Shown: piece after piece, positions 1 through 10,681 of the stretch
Layout of the letters: every line of letters starts with the position of its first letter
How positions within the stretch are numbered: the stretch's first letter is position 1
DNA from: Candidatus Cloacimonadales bacterium
GTDB taxonomy: Bacteria; Cloacimonadota; Cloacimonadia; Cloacimonadales; JAFGVF01
Length of the DNA: 64,000 bases
NCBI GenBank assembly: GCA_963677495.2
Contig: CAXXOU010000003.1
Location: 64,001-128,000, forward strand
Reading direction: 5' to 3'
Notes under the pieces: model-generated
The model's database searches: none
Told to the model about the DNA's origin: nothing
What the model saw: only the letters and a program-made list of their open reading frames with translations
Program-made: the position numbers and the translations under genes

Positions 1-2
1 TG

Positions 3-476
3 GATATAGGTGGACAAGATACAAAAGCTATATCTCTTGATTCCAAAGGAAGGATGAAGAAGTTCGTGATGAATGATAAATGTGCTGCAGGCACCGGAAG
101 GTTTTTGGAGATTATGGCTAATGCTCTAAATTATGAACTCTCAATGTTTGGAGATGCTGCCATAAAAGCAAAATCAACTGTTAAAGTTAATAACATGTGC
201 ACTGTATTCGCTGAATCAGAGGTTATCTCACTTCTCTCAAACGGTATTAATCGAGAGGACATTGCAAAGGGTATTCATGAATCCATTGTTAGACGTGCAA
301 TTTCCCAGCTTCAAACCATTGGATTAAAGGATAAGCTAGCTTTTGTCGGAGGTGTTGCCTTGAATAAGGCTATGAGACATATTCTTCAAGACCTGTTGCA
401 AACAGATATTATAACACCTGAAAATCCTCAAATAGTAGGTGCTCTTGGTTGCGCAATTCATAGTATGAATAATTAG
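3..476 (+). CDS. 2-hydroxyacyl-CoA dehydratase activase (BadF/BcrAD-family ATPase), 5'-truncated by window edge
   Basis: Frame open from position 3: DIGGQDTK...MNDKCAAGTGRF, CTVFAESEV, GGVALN and GALG motifs. Confidence 0.9.
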   Translation, partial: DIGGQDTKAISLDSKGRMKKFVMNDKCAAGTGRFLEIMANALNYELSMFGDAAIKAKSTVKVNNMCTVFAESEVISLLSNGINREDIAKGIHESIVRRAISQLQTIGLKDKLAFVGGVALNKAMRHILQDLLQTDIITPENPQIVGALGCAIHSMNN

Positions 477-534
477 ACTTAATGTATCCACAGCTCTAGA
501 CATTTCCATAGAACTCCTGCAAAAAACTAGTATC

Positions 535-620
535 AAACCACGCATTATCCACGGATAAACCACGCCTAAACCATGGGAGCCGTGGTTAACCCGTGGATTA
601 CCCGTGGTCAACCCGTGGTC
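535..620. repeat. 11-bp phased repeat cassette (4 direct + 4 inverted units)
   Basis: CCAYG at 538/549/560/571, then CGTGG at 581/592/603/614. Confidence 0.85.
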
Positions 621-900
621 AGGAATCAAACATCAACCTGTCATCAGACTATCTTAATTCGGATTGAAATTCCATCTTTTTCTGCCCACTTCCCAAACAG
701 TTTCTTATGATTTAGCTCAGGGGAGCCCCAAGAGACTCACCAGTTTCGGGCAATTTTCTCTGCTTTATTATGATAGAGCAATGAGAGGTAAATAATACAG
801 CTAAAGTGATTTGCTGAATGATTACTTTGCTTTCAGTTGTTCTGATTTGTGGACTTAGTGGACGTGAGTGGACTAGTGTTTGATTGCTTTATCTTAATAA

Positions 901-996
901 AAATCCGACTTTCATCTATTTGCAATCTGAAGCCAATCCGATTCTCATCTGTTATAATGGGAAGCTAACGGGTATCTAACGGGAAGCTAACGGGGA
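901..996. repeat. 11-bp phased repeat cassette
   Basis: ATC cores at 903/914/925/936/947, TAAYGGG at 955/966/977/988. Confidence 0.75.
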
Positions 997-1040
997 ATTC
1001 TTGGGTAATAAGGAACTGAAATTATAAGGGTACTTGACTG

Positions 1041-1071
1041 AAAAAAGAAAACCTGTATTGTTACAGGTTTT
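1041..1071 (-). terminator. intrinsic terminator after dnaE-GWxTD operon
   Basis: AAAACCTGTA-ttgt-TACAGGTTTT hairpin with U-rich tract on the minus strand. Confidence 0.7.
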
Positions 1072-1102
1072 GGGTTAAAAATCACTATTACTAGATTATA
1101 GC

Positions 1103-2530
1103 TTAATCATCCAGCTCATTTTCATCGAAGTTACTAGGATTAGGGTCCGGATGTCCCCATAATCTATTTTCTTCTACCTCTTCTTTCCATTTCGTATCCT
1201 GAGGTGCAGCATCATAGATATCGAAGTCAGGTCCCATATAATCTTTCCAGTTTGGATCTATCACCTCTTTGTCATCTTGAGTTGCGTATAGAAATTTATA
1301 GTTACCATTCATCTGGATATCTAAGAAAAGATAAACGCCTTTTTCACTATCAGCATATTCCCACACTTGGTAATCTTTTCTTGTATAGGCAGTGTTATTT
1401 GATTGTGTTTTACCGTTTATAACAATATCGGGTGCTCCGTTACGTAAGAATACTCTACCTCTATCTGTTTCCCATCCCTTTTTAAAACGATAGTCATAAG
1501 CAGAAGCTTCATTTACTTTTACTCTTAGCATCTGGATGTAGTCCTCTATCTCCATCTCTTTTTCCATTGCCATATGAGTCCAAAACTTTGTTGCAAATCT
1601 CTTCTTTGCCATATCAGAGCTCAATCTGTTCCATCGTGATATTGTGTTACTATTTCCATAATACTTCATCAATGTGTATTCATCTTCCAGTTTTGAGAAT
1701 ACATTGTATACATCACTGGTTAGTTTCTTTAAAACTACGTAGCTTTCTGATAATACCTTATCATCTTTATCAATAAGTTGTATGTCATAATATCCAACCG
1801 GAAACTTCTTGAAGTCTATTGGAAATGAGCCATTGGGATCAAGCTCTAATTCTACTGTTTCGAATAGCTCATCTTTCTTAAGTATCTTAAGCTTTAAGTC
1901 ATCAACACTAAATCCAGGCTTTCTACTGAAATACAAATAGGCGTTATCAGTTTCCTCTAAATTAATAATATGAGCCGGTTCTACCCTGTAAGTAAAGCCA
2001 TCACGCTGGAATTTCTTTAAGTACTCACTTTTTGCAGGAATTACGTTAGATGAAATCTCCATATCACCTACTTGTGCATCTTCAGGTAATGAGCTCAGAT
2101 CAACTTCCCAGAGGAATGAATTGTTTGTAATTGAATCAACAAACTCAAGTACAAAAGAGATATCCTTTTTGTCAAAAGAGTAGTGTAATTTATCAAGGTA
2201 TCCCTTAGAATCAGACTTTGTGTCAGGTTCATTAGAAACAGCAATTTGGAAAGTGTTCACATCATTGTATATTACTTTATCCGCTTTTTTAATGCTGAAA
2301 TCAAGATAGACTTCAGAAACAAAGTACTGTTCACCTTTCTCGAAGGTTATAGAGCTATACGGTATAAAGAAGTTTATATCGTAGCCTGTTTTGTTATCTG
2401 CATCAAAAGAACGAACAAGCTCAATCTGCATTGGGAAAGAATCAGCAAACAAAGCTGATACTGAAACAAATAGTAATAAGATGATGAAGCTAATCTTCAT
2501 CTTGGGTATTTTTAAGTTCATAATCACCAA
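1103..2530 (-). CDS. GWxTD domain-containing secreted protein
   Basis: GWETDRGRVFLRNGAPD motif and N-terminal signal peptide; true start probably about 2500 (MKISF). Confidence 0.85.
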   Translation of the reverse strand: MVIMNLKIPKMKISFIILLLFVSVSALFADSFPMQIELVRSFDADNKTGYDINFFIPYSSITFEKGEQYFVSEVYLDFSIKKADKVIYNDVNTFQIAVSNEPDTKSDSKGYLDKLHYSFDKKDISFVLEFVDSITNNSFLWEVDLSSLPEDAQVGDMEISSNVIPAKSEYLKKFQRDGFTYRVEPAHIINLEETDNAYLYFSRKPGFSVDDLKLKILKKDELFETVELELDPNGSFPIDFKKFPVGYYDIQLIDKDDKVLSESYVVLKKLTSDVYNVFSKLEDEYTLMKYYGNSNTISRWNRLSSDMAKKRFATKFWTHMAMEKEMEIEDYIQMLRVKVNEASAYDYRFKKGWETDRGRVFLRNGAPDIVINGKTQSNNTAYTRKDYQVWEYADSEKGVYLFLDIQMNGNYKFLYATQDDKEVIDPNWKDYMGPDFDIYDAAPQDTKWKEEVEENRLWGHPDPNPSNFDENELDD

Positions 2531-3608
2531 ATCCTTTTAAATCCTGAAAGAGGAAATTCTTGCTTAGGGTGTAATAATACCAGATGATGTACGGCCTTGT
2601 CTCAAGAGGTAAAGGCTCATGAACAATCTCATCAGGCTCTCCGTATTTAATTAATATCCTACCTCGGTCGGTCATCCAACCACGTTTATAATTTCTAAAT
2701 GAAAATCGTCTGTCAGCCTCAATAATTCGTTTATAAAAAATTGAGCGCATAGTCTCAGAGCCATTGTTTGATTCACTGTATGCATCCCAGAATTTATTAA
2801 TTCCGGCTTCTATGTCCTCATCTTTTTTTAGCTTTCTGAGCTGTTTCCATTGCCTTTGAGTCGTAACATATCTCAACTGCTCAAGTTTATGCTTCCAGGA
2901 ATAACGACCGGAATACAGGACATAAATTTGCTCGTTCCCTATCTTGGACTGATGTTCAATACCATCTGTAATCCATGAGAATCGACTCGTTTGTCTTAAC
3001 TTCATCAAACAATCAGGTTTTGGTGTAAAAGATATCAGTGTATCCGGTTTTATTGATTGTGTAAGCTCGTTATCACATATGAGGTTTAAACTCTGAGGAA
3101 TTTTGCTGAAAGCAATATTGAAAGAAAGGTTTTCCATTGTTGCTAGTTTGCTAATATCATCTATGATTTGATGTGTATCGTTGTTAACAATAATGGGAGG
3201 AGCAAAATCTGTGACTTCACCAACCTCAAAAGATATACTGTTTTTATATCTGCTACCAAGTTCATCGTTGAAAACAGTAAAGTAGAGTAAGTACTTATCC
3301 TGAGAGAGAGAAGTATAAAAAGTATGAATAAATGCTTCTTGCTTATTAAAACCATTCTTTGTCACAGAAAACTCTTGATAATCTCTGTATGCTATGTTCT
3401 GTTCTCTGTCATCAATAGTAACTGATATAGCGTTTTCAGAGACAGGGCCCCCGTTCGGAAAGTTTATAAAACCACCGTCGAGATACAGGATTATCCGCTG
3501 ATAAGTTCCTAAATTATCTACCTTTAGCGACTGAGCAGATAAAAGAGATAATCCTAATAAGAAAGCACATATTAGTAACTTCTTCATTATTGTCATATTA
3601 TTCTTCAA
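2490..3608 (-). CDS. GWxTD domain-containing secreted protein
   Basis: GWMTDRGRILIKYGEPD motif; signal peptide MKKLLICAFLL. Confidence 0.85.
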   Translation of the reverse strand: MKNNMTIMKKLLICAFLLGLSLLSAQSLKVDNLGTYQRIILYLDGGFINFPNGGPVSENAISVTIDDREQNIAYRDYQEFSVTKNGFNKQEAFIHTFYTSLSQDKYLLYFTVFNDELGSRYKNSISFEVGEVTDFAPPIIVNNDTHQIIDDISKLATMENLSFNIAFSKIPQSLNLICDNELTQSIKPDTLISFTPKPDCLMKLRQTSRFSWITDGIEHQSKIGNEQIYVLYSGRYSWKHKLEQLRYVTTQRQWKQLRKLKKDEDIEAGINKFWDAYSESNNGSETMRSIFYKRIIEADRRFSFRNYKRGWMTDRGRILIKYGEPDEIVHEPLPLETRPYIIWYYYTLSKNFLFQDLKGFGDYELKNTQDED

Positions 3609-6600
3609 ACTTCAGAGATAATTTTGTGCTTAAATCATTCAATTTGTCAATAACATTCTTAGTAAGGTTTATCTTTAGGTTCTTTGGTGTAAGACGCAAG
3701 GTTCCAAACTCCTTAGAAACAGTATCAATAATAAACTTAAAACTACCAGAGTCATTGTGCATTTTCATGAAGTGATTTGCTAAACTATCATCAAGTCTAT
3801 CCTCATCAATTGTAACCCAAATTTCTCCACTGTTTGAACTCAGTACTTTATCAATTGGCACTATCTGTTTGGGCTTAATCTTTAATAGTTTGTCTCCTTC
3901 ATAGGAAGAGTTAAATCCTTTTACAAATACAATGTCTCCAACATTCAATTTATCGGAGTATTGGTCGAAATCTTTACCGAATAGAGATACTTCAAACTTA
4001 CCGTGCATATCTTCTAGTGCTACTATTCCAAAGATGTTCCCCTTTCTGGATTTCTTTCTCTGATTAGATGAAACTATACCAACAATTCTAATAGAATTTG
4101 GTACATGACCTTCACTGATGCTGTTAGAAAATGTGTTGGAGAAATGCTCAATCACATACTCATACTCGAACAACGGGTGTCCGGAAAGATAGAACCCAAG
4201 AACGTTTTTTTCATTCTCAAGTCTCTCCATATAGCTCCATTCTTCCACAATTGTCAACTCCGGGAAGTAATCATTATCATCATCCTCATCATCACCAAGC
4301 ATATCGAAAAGTGTCATCTGACCACCACGCTTATCCTTCATGGCTTGGGCTGAATAGTTAACGGCCATTTCAACTGAAGCAAAGTGAGAAGCTCTATTTC
4401 CTTCAAAAGAATCTAGAGCACCTGCAGAGATTAAACTCTCTAAAACGGTTTTATTTACTGATGATGAATCACAACGTCCCATTAAATCATACATACATTT
4501 GTATGGTCCATTAGCTTCACGTTCCTTAATAATAGTTCTGATAGCTGCTGCACCAACATTCTTAATGCCTTTGAATCCAAAAAGTATCTTACTATCCTTC
4601 ACACTAAAATCACGTTCAGATAGATTGATATGTGGAGTGATAACTTCTATTTTCATGTTACGGCACTCTTCAAGGAACTTAGTAATGTCTTCTGGATTCT
4701 CAGACATTGAGAGGTTAGCTGCCATGAACTCAACAGGATAATGAGCTTTTAAGTAAGCTGTTTGATAAGCAACATAAGCGTAACACGCGGCGTGCGATTT
4801 ATTGAAAGCATAGTTTGCAAAGGTTTTCCAATCTTCCCAAACCTTATCTATTATTTTTCTCTCAATACCATTTTCTGTACAACCTTTCAAGAATAAGTTA
4901 TACATATCAGCCAGCATCTTTGCTTTCTTCTTTGAGATAGCTTTTCTAAGAGTTCCCGCTTCTGCACTTGAGAAGTTAGCCATAATCTTTGAGAGTTGCA
5001 TCACCTGTTCCTGATAAACAGTAACACCATAAGTCTCTTTGAGAACTTCTTCCATTGAATGATGCTCATAGGTTATTGGTTCCTGACCAAACTTACGCTT
5101 AATGAAAGATGGGATATTGTCCATCGGACCAGGTCTGTACAATGCAACCATCGCTATAAGGTCTTCAAACACATTCGGTTTCAGTTCACGAAGATATCTT
5201 TGCATACCTTTTGATTCATACTGGAAAACACCACCTGTAAGACCTTCAGATAGCAGGTCATATGTCGGTTTATCTTCAAGTGAGATGTTGTTTATGTCGA
5301 TTTCAATGCCACTATTTGCTTTTAGCATCTTTAGAGCTTTATCAATGACGGTAAGTGTCTTTAGACCTAGAAAGTCCATCTTTAACATCTTCAGATCATC
5401 AAGCCATTTACCCTCATATTGTACAAGAATACTCTTCTCTCCATCCTTCTGTTGAGTTACAGCAAGCGGTACGAAATTACTTAGGTCATCAGGTCCAATC
5501 ACAACCCCTGCCGCATGGATACCTGTTTGACGCACCAATCCTTCCAATACCATTCCATGTCTCAATATGCTGCGATAAAGGTCATTGCTTTCCATTAGAT
5601 TTTTAAACTCAGGAGATTTATCTAATGCCTTTTCCAAAGTAACTTTGGGGCCATCGGGAATGAGTTTTGTCATCGTATTAGCTTCAGCAACAGTTACTTC
5701 AAGAGCCCTGGCAATGTCTTTGATTACTGATTTTGCCTTAAGTGTTCCAAATGTAATAATCTGTGATACACTCTTTCTGCCATACTTCTGTACAACATAG
5801 TCAATAATCTTTGCACGTCCTTCGGCACAGAAATCGATATCGATATCGGGCATTCCTACACGTTTAAGATCAAGGAATCTTTCAAAGAGTAGCCCATATT
5901 TCAAAGGATCAAGTCTTGTAATATCCAGGCAATAAGCAACAATAGAACCGGCAGCTGAACCACGACCGGGACCAACAGGAACGTCCTGAGCTCTGGCAGC
6001 GTCAATGAAGTCTTTCACAACTAGGAAGTAGGCATTGTATCCCATTTTACTGATAATCCCAAGCTCAAAGTCTATGCGTTCTGTTACTTCCGGAGTTAAC
6101 TCCTCATAACGTTCTTTTGCGCCTGCATAAACTAAGTGCCTTATATAATCATCTGTGTTTTCATTGAACTCAGCAGGAACATCTGTTTTAGGAAAGAGAA
6201 ATTCATCATAATTGAGTTGAAGATTTACTTTTTCTGCAATCTTTACTGTATTTTCATAGGCATCAGGTACATCAGGAAAAAGCTTTCGCATCTCCTCTTC
6301 GCTTTTAAAGTAAAGCTCTGTAGTCTCATATTTCAATCTGTTAGGATCATTGACTGTCTTAGATTCCTGCATTGCAAGCATTACATCATGCGATTCCCAG
6401 TCTGCTTTATCGATGTAATGACAGTCATTTGTAACAACCATTGGGGTTTCTGTTTTACGAGCAAGTTCAATTAGCTGTGGCATCACTTTCTTCTCTTCAG
6501 AAAGTCCGTGTGCTTGGAGCTCAATATAGAAGTCCTCACCGAACATCTCTTTGTAATCTATTATATGAGCTTCTGCTTGTTCTATATCACCTTGCAAAAT

Positions 6601-7032
6601 TGAATAGGGTACATCTCCCTGGATACATGCAGTTAAGCAAATAATACCTTTTGCATGTTCTCTAAGTCTCTTCTTATCAATTCTTGGTTTATAGTAAAAA
6701 CCATCTGTGTATGAAAAGGATGAGAGCTTAATCAGATTCTTATAGCCTTCTTCATTTTTAGCTAACAGTACGATGTGATGACGTTTAAGTTTCTTAGAAG
6801 CTTCCTCATGCACATCACCGTTAATAACGTATGCTTCTAAACCAATAATTGGCTTAATCTCGTTTTTCATGCAAGTATTGTAAAAATCTATAGTTCCATA
6901 CATATTACCATGATCAGTCATGGCAACAGCAGGCATTCCAAGCTCTTTGGCTTTTTTGGCAATCCTATCAACACGACAGGCACCGTCTAAAAGGGAGTAT
7001 TGCGTATGATTGTGCAAATGGACGAAAGACAT
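3598..7032 (-). CDS. dnaE: DNA polymerase III alpha subunit
   Basis: PHP domain HLHNHTQYSLLDG, GPGRGSAAGS, PDIDIDF, YAFNKSHA, C-terminal OB fold. Confidence 0.99.
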   Translation of the reverse strand: MSFVHLHNHTQYSLLDGACRVDRIAKKAKELGMPAVAMTDHGNMYGTIDFYNTCMKNEIKPIIGLEAYVINGDVHEEASKKLKRHHIVLLAKNEEGYKNLIKLSSFSYTDGFYYKPRIDKKRLREHAKGIICLTACIQGDVPYSILQGDIEQAEAHIIDYKEMFGEDFYIELQAHGLSEEKKVMPQLIELARKTETPMVVTNDCHYIDKADWESHDVMLAMQESKTVNDPNRLKYETTELYFKSEEEMRKLFPDVPDAYENTVKIAEKVNLQLNYDEFLFPKTDVPAEFNENTDDYIRHLVYAGAKERYEELTPEVTERIDFELGIISKMGYNAYFLVVKDFIDAARAQDVPVGPGRGSAAGSIVAYCLDITRLDPLKYGLLFERFLDLKRVGMPDIDIDFCAEGRAKIIDYVVQKYGRKSVSQIITFGTLKAKSVIKDIARALEVTVAEANTMTKLIPDGPKVTLEKALDKSPEFKNLMESNDLYRSILRHGMVLEGLVRQTGIHAAGVVIGPDDLSNFVPLAVTQQKDGEKSILVQYEGKWLDDLKMLKMDFLGLKTLTVIDKALKMLKANSGIEIDINNISLEDKPTYDLLSEGLTGGVFQYESKGMQRYLRELKPNVFEDLIAMVALYRPGPMDNIPSFIKRKFGQEPITYEHHSMEEVLKETYGVTVYQEQVMQLSKIMANFSSAEAGTLRKAISKKKAKMLADMYNLFLKGCTENGIERKIIDKVWEDWKTFANYAFNKSHAACYAYVAYQTAYLKAHYPVEFMAANLSMSENPEDITKFLEECRNMKIEVITPHINLSERDFSVKDSKILFGFKGIKNVGAAAIRTIIKEREANGPYKCMYDLMGRCDSSSVNKTVLESLISAGALDSFEGNRASHFASVEMAVNYSAQAMKDKRGGQMTLFDMLGDDEDDDNDYFPELTIVEEWSYMERLENEKNVLGFYLSGHPLFEYEYVIEHFSNTFSNSISEGHVPNSIRIVGIVSSNQRKKSRKGNIFGIVALEDMHGKFEVSLFGKDFDQYSDKLNVGDIVFVKGFNSSYEGDKLLKIKPKQIVPIDKVLSSNSGEIWVTIDEDRLDDSLANHFMKMHNDSGSFKFIIDTVSKEFGTLRLTPKNLKINLTKNVIDKLNDLSTKLSLKFEE

Positions 7033-7147
7033 CTAGTAAACTCCAGTAAGATATTTGAATTCTTTATGCTCTTTGCATGAATATTGTCAAACTCTTTAAA
7101 GGAAAATTAAGGAGTAATTAAGCAGAAGTAATGTATAAAGTTAATAT

Positions 7148-8452
7148 CTATACAGTTATGGTCACTCCATCTTCAATTATCTGCACTGCCCGATTACGGA
7201 ATTGATCTTTATATGAAGATTTTGCGAATGTATGGATTGGGACAATATGCTTCGGGTTAACCGTTTCTACCATTTCAACTAATGCAATTAAATCTGCATG
7301 TCCACTTGTATGAATATACTTGTAATTGAATCCTGAATCTTTAAATTTCTGGACAAAGTCAGCTGTTTTCTTATCTTTCAAATATCCTTTCCACATAGAA
7401 TATATTATTGTGCCCTTACCTGTATCTATTGCAGTTTGGACAAACTTAAACATACTTGGTCTAAGTATTATTACAACATTATCACAATCTTTAGTAATCG
7501 CTTCTTTATCATATTTGAAAGGCTTGAATTGGTATAATAAATTAGCATTCCCACCCTTAACAGCTCTGTCGCTAATAAACTTTGGAAAGAACACTTTAAT
7601 CTCATTGAAATCCTTAGACGGATATGGTAGCTTTGCATACTGTTTAAGCTTTTTCAAAAGAGATGCGATATAAAAATCAATAACCAACTTCTTCCCGGCT
7701 TTACGGCATGCTCTAAAAATGGTAACCAATCTATCTATATTCTGTCCGGAGGTAAACACTACGTGAATACCTTTAGTTCCTTTGAAAGTATCCAGGAACT
7801 GCCTTTCCAAATCTGTTTCAGTAACGGATTGGTGGGAATTATTACCTATAGTCGTTCCCTCTAAGAGAAGGTAATCCACTGACATATTAAATTTATGTTT
7901 AAACCAATCGAATGACTTTCTCTTTCTACCATGTAATCTGAAGTCTCCGCTATAAAACAGACTCTTCCCATCAGCTTCTACCAAGAAAGCATAAGCATCA
8001 AAGGCAGAATGATCCATTAAGTAGGGTGTGATTTCAATATCACCAACTTGGAATTTCTTACCTGACTCAAAGTAGTTATGATTGGGAATCTGCACTTCAG
8101 TTGGTGTAAAAACTCCAGACAGCTTAATTATTTCATGCGTAGCCTGTCCAAGATGTACTATACATCTACGACTGAAGTAATTCAGTAATCCATAATGATC
8201 CTGATGAGCATGTGAGATTAGTATCTCATATTCACCTGTTTCTAAACCTTTTATAGATGGTATCACTCCCATCACAATCAATTCATCACTGCTTTTATCT
8301 TTAAGGATGGAGCTGTTGAACTGAGATTTATCAGGGTTCACCAATGGCAATCCTAAATCAATAACAATTCCTGCTTTATCAGTCCACACTTCAACGCATG
8401 AACCTCCAATCTCATTTGTCCCTCTATGTATTTTGAAGTGCATGTTTCTCAT
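7148..8452 (-). CDS. MBL-fold beta-CASP (RNase J-like) nuclease
   Basis: EIGGSC, SHAHQDH, DHS, SGDFR, HTSGHA and PIHT motifs; lacks the C-terminal domain of housekeeping RNase J; start may be 8443. Confidence 0.85.
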   Translation of the reverse strand: MRNMHFKIHRGTNEIGGSCVEVWTDKAGIVIDLGLPLVNPDKSQFNSSILKDKSSDELIVMGVIPSIKGLETGEYEILISHAHQDHYGLLNYFSRRCIVHLGQATHEIIKLSGVFTPTEVQIPNHNYFESGKKFQVGDIEITPYLMDHSAFDAYAFLVEADGKSLFYSGDFRLHGRKRKSFDWFKHKFNMSVDYLLLEGTTIGNNSHQSVTETDLERQFLDTFKGTKGIHVVFTSGQNIDRLVTIFRACRKAGKKLVIDFYIASLLKKLKQYAKLPYPSKDFNEIKVFFPKFISDRAVKGGNANLLYQFKPFKYDKEAITKDCDNVVIILRPSMFKFVQTAIDTGKGTIIYSMWKGYLKDKKTADFVQKFKDSGFNYKYIHTSGHADLIALVEMVETVNPKHIVPIHTFAKSSYKDQFRNRAVQIIEDGVTITV

Positions 8453-9362
8453 TCCATAATCTTGCCATAAAAGTTGGATGGTCTAATAAATACTTTTTAT
8501 GCAATCCATACCCCATAAAACTGGACATGAAAAATCTTGTGTTTGCACATATGCTATTTTTTACAATGTCTATTAGTTTTGTACTATCAGGATCATGGTT
8601 TGCTATTAGTAATGCGAATTCTATGTCATTTTGAACGGACTTTACTTCATTTGAGTTGCCAGCCTTAGAGAAATGTACTAACCCAAGCTTCCTCTTCTGG
8701 TTGAATACTTCCATCATCTCACTTTTAAATGCACTTACATCTGATTGATTTTGTTTGAAAGTGTTAAAATCATTTATGTGTTTATGTATTCCTGAGTTTC
8801 CACTAATAGCACCATCTCCATATTTCATCTCAATCACAACTAGTTTTGGTTTGTAATTACTAGTTAGTTTTCTTGCTGTTCCTTTTGATTCCCATTCTAA
8901 AGCAACAATATCGAATTTGGCACCCTTTCTATTGTCATACTCTATATCAATTATGAAGTAATCTGTACCGTTTGAAATCGAAGAGTAGTTGTTTTCTCTT
9001 ACAACCAATTGTTGAAATTCTCTTTCTAATTTACTTTTTGAAATGAAAAACATATCCATAACTTGTTTAGTGCTAGCGAAATAGTTTTCCCAATCTTGAG
9101 CATTTTTGTAACTCTCAATTCTAGATTTATTTATGGTTGAAGATGATGGTAGACTGTTCAGATATTTTTGATCAAATTTAAAAGTATATCCTGCCTTTTT
9201 TGGATGAACACCAAGAATTCTTCCTCCTCGATAATAAATATCAGCATAGTTTGTTATAATCTCGAAATCAAGAGTATGATCGTTTTTTACAAACTCAAGT
9301 AAAGTTATTAAATCACCATTCAATAAATCGTTCATAAACGCATCGCTTAATCCCCGTGCCAT
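8424..9362 (-). CDS. hypothetical protein with PD-(D/E)xK-like nuclease motif
   Basis: EREFQQ...DIE...FDIVAL...VIEMKYG pattern; AGGAGG RBS; 3' end overlaps the MBL gene. Confidence 0.65.
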   Translation of the reverse strand: MARGLSDAFMNDLLNGDLITLLEFVKNDHTLDFEIITNYADIYYRGGRILGVHPKKAGYTFKFDQKYLNSLPSSSTINKSRIESYKNAQDWENYFASTKQVMDMFFISKSKLEREFQQLVVRENNYSSISNGTDYFIIDIEYDNRKGAKFDIVALEWESKGTARKLTSNYKPKLVVIEMKYGDGAISGNSGIHKHINDFNTFKQNQSDVSAFKSEMMEVFNQKRKLGLVHFSKAGNSNEVKSVQNDIEFALLIANHDPDSTKLIDIVKNSICANTRFFMSSFMGYGLHKKYLLDHPTFMARLWNEKHALQNT

Positions 9363-9514
9363 ATAACATACCTCCTACTTAATACAGAAAGATTAAACCG
9401 GTAACTTAAAAGTCAAGAGATATATTCCTTCATTGTTATCAGTATAAATCCTTTACAAACTTGATTCTGTTACTAATCGTGGTAATTCTAGATTGTTAGA
9501 GGTAGAGGTATGTA

Positions 9515-10231
9515 ATGCAATGTAACAAATGTGGAAACGAAGTCGAGAATAACTATTGTTCTCATTGTGGCTTTCCGGCTAAGATAGCACGTATAAATAA
9601 AGAGTTCGTCTTTTTCGGTTTAGCGGAAGTTCTAAATTTGAATGGGGGTTTATTCTACACATTAAAAGAGTTAACCATCAGACCCGGCAAAGCAGTTAAA
9701 ACATACATAAAGAAAGACAGGTCAATGCTTTTAAAGCCGATTACCTTCCTGTTCTTGTGTTCATTATTATACACTTTAGTATCTCAATATTTTACATTTG
9801 ATAGCAACATTATCTCGTTTGATATGAATAATTCAGCTATAGTCAATTCTCTCTTAATCTGGATTAATAGTAACTACGGTTACATGAACCTATTCTTAGC
9901 AATCGTAAATGCCTTTTGGTTAAAGACTGTCTTCAAAAATAGAGGTTATAACTATTTTGAATGTCTTGTAGCCTTTGCATACACTTCTGCTTATGTAATG
10001 GTCATTTACTCTATCTTTGGTATTTTTGCAAGTTTGATTAATAGCAACATTATGCAACTTGCCGGACTAATTGGCATCGTATATCCAATCTGGGCATTAG
10101 GTCAGTTCTTTGAAGGTAATAGATTTACCAGAACCCTAAAGACCACTTTAGCATTCATCTTATCTCTTCTATCTATTGGATTTACAATTATTGTTTTTGG
10201 TGTAGCATTTGGATTGTTGTTTGGAGAATAA
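9515..10231 (+). CDS. DUF3667-like membrane protein with N-terminal zinc ribbon
   Basis: CxxC...YCxxCG, TLKELTIRPG, KPITFL, several transmembrane segments. Confidence 0.75.
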   Translation: MQCNKCGNEVENNYCSHCGFPAKIARINKEFVFFGLAEVLNLNGGLFYTLKELTIRPGKAVKTYIKKDRSMLLKPITFLFLCSLLYTLVSQYFTFDSNIISFDMNNSAIVNSLLIWINSNYGYMNLFLAIVNAFWLKTVFKNRGYNYFECLVAFAYTSAYVMVIYSIFGIFASLINSNIMQLAGLIGIVYPIWALGQFFEGNRFTRTLKTTLAFILSLLSIGFTIIVFGVAFGLLFGE

Positions 10232-10281
10232 CTTCGAAAGTTACATTGAGTATCTATAAATTGCCCTTTGTTTCATAAATC

Positions 10282-10305
10282 AAAAAAGGGAACCATAAGG
10301 TTCCC
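10282..10305 (-). terminator. terminator downstream of tRNA-Arg
   Basis: GGGAACC/GGTTCCC hairpin plus U6 on the minus strand. Confidence 0.7.
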
Positions 10306-10312
10306 AAAAATC

Positions 10313-10389
<77 letters not shown>

Positions 10390-10681
10390 AAGATGAATAC
10401 ATAAATTTAAACTGCTCGGAGCATGTCAAGAATAAAAGTTAAAACTTTGTGATGATAAGAGTGGATAGTATTATATAGCGCTGAACTAGGGTCTAATTTA
10501 GATATTGACATTGAAGCATCATGCAGTTATCAAACACAGTCATGAATTCAAAATCTATGCAATTTCCATCATTATTATCAACAAAACACTGATCAAATTG
10601 AAAAAAAGGTTTACAGTAAAAAATCAGACATATATATTTGTTATGAAAATATTGATAGGTTTTAATGTATGGGAGATTATT

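Noticed and set aside
336..629. Short ORFs over repeats (336-629, 18971-19267, 24611-24953, 27794-27994) and antisense ORFs inside long genes
   Set aside because: They overlap repeats or well-supported genes and show no recognisable motifs
3598..7032. intein in DnaE
   Set aside because: Normal length (1144 aa) and no splicing motifs noticed
10505..10681. N-terminal extension of the first barrel ORF
   Set aside because: RBS and signal peptide point to ATG 10682, matching paralog lengths
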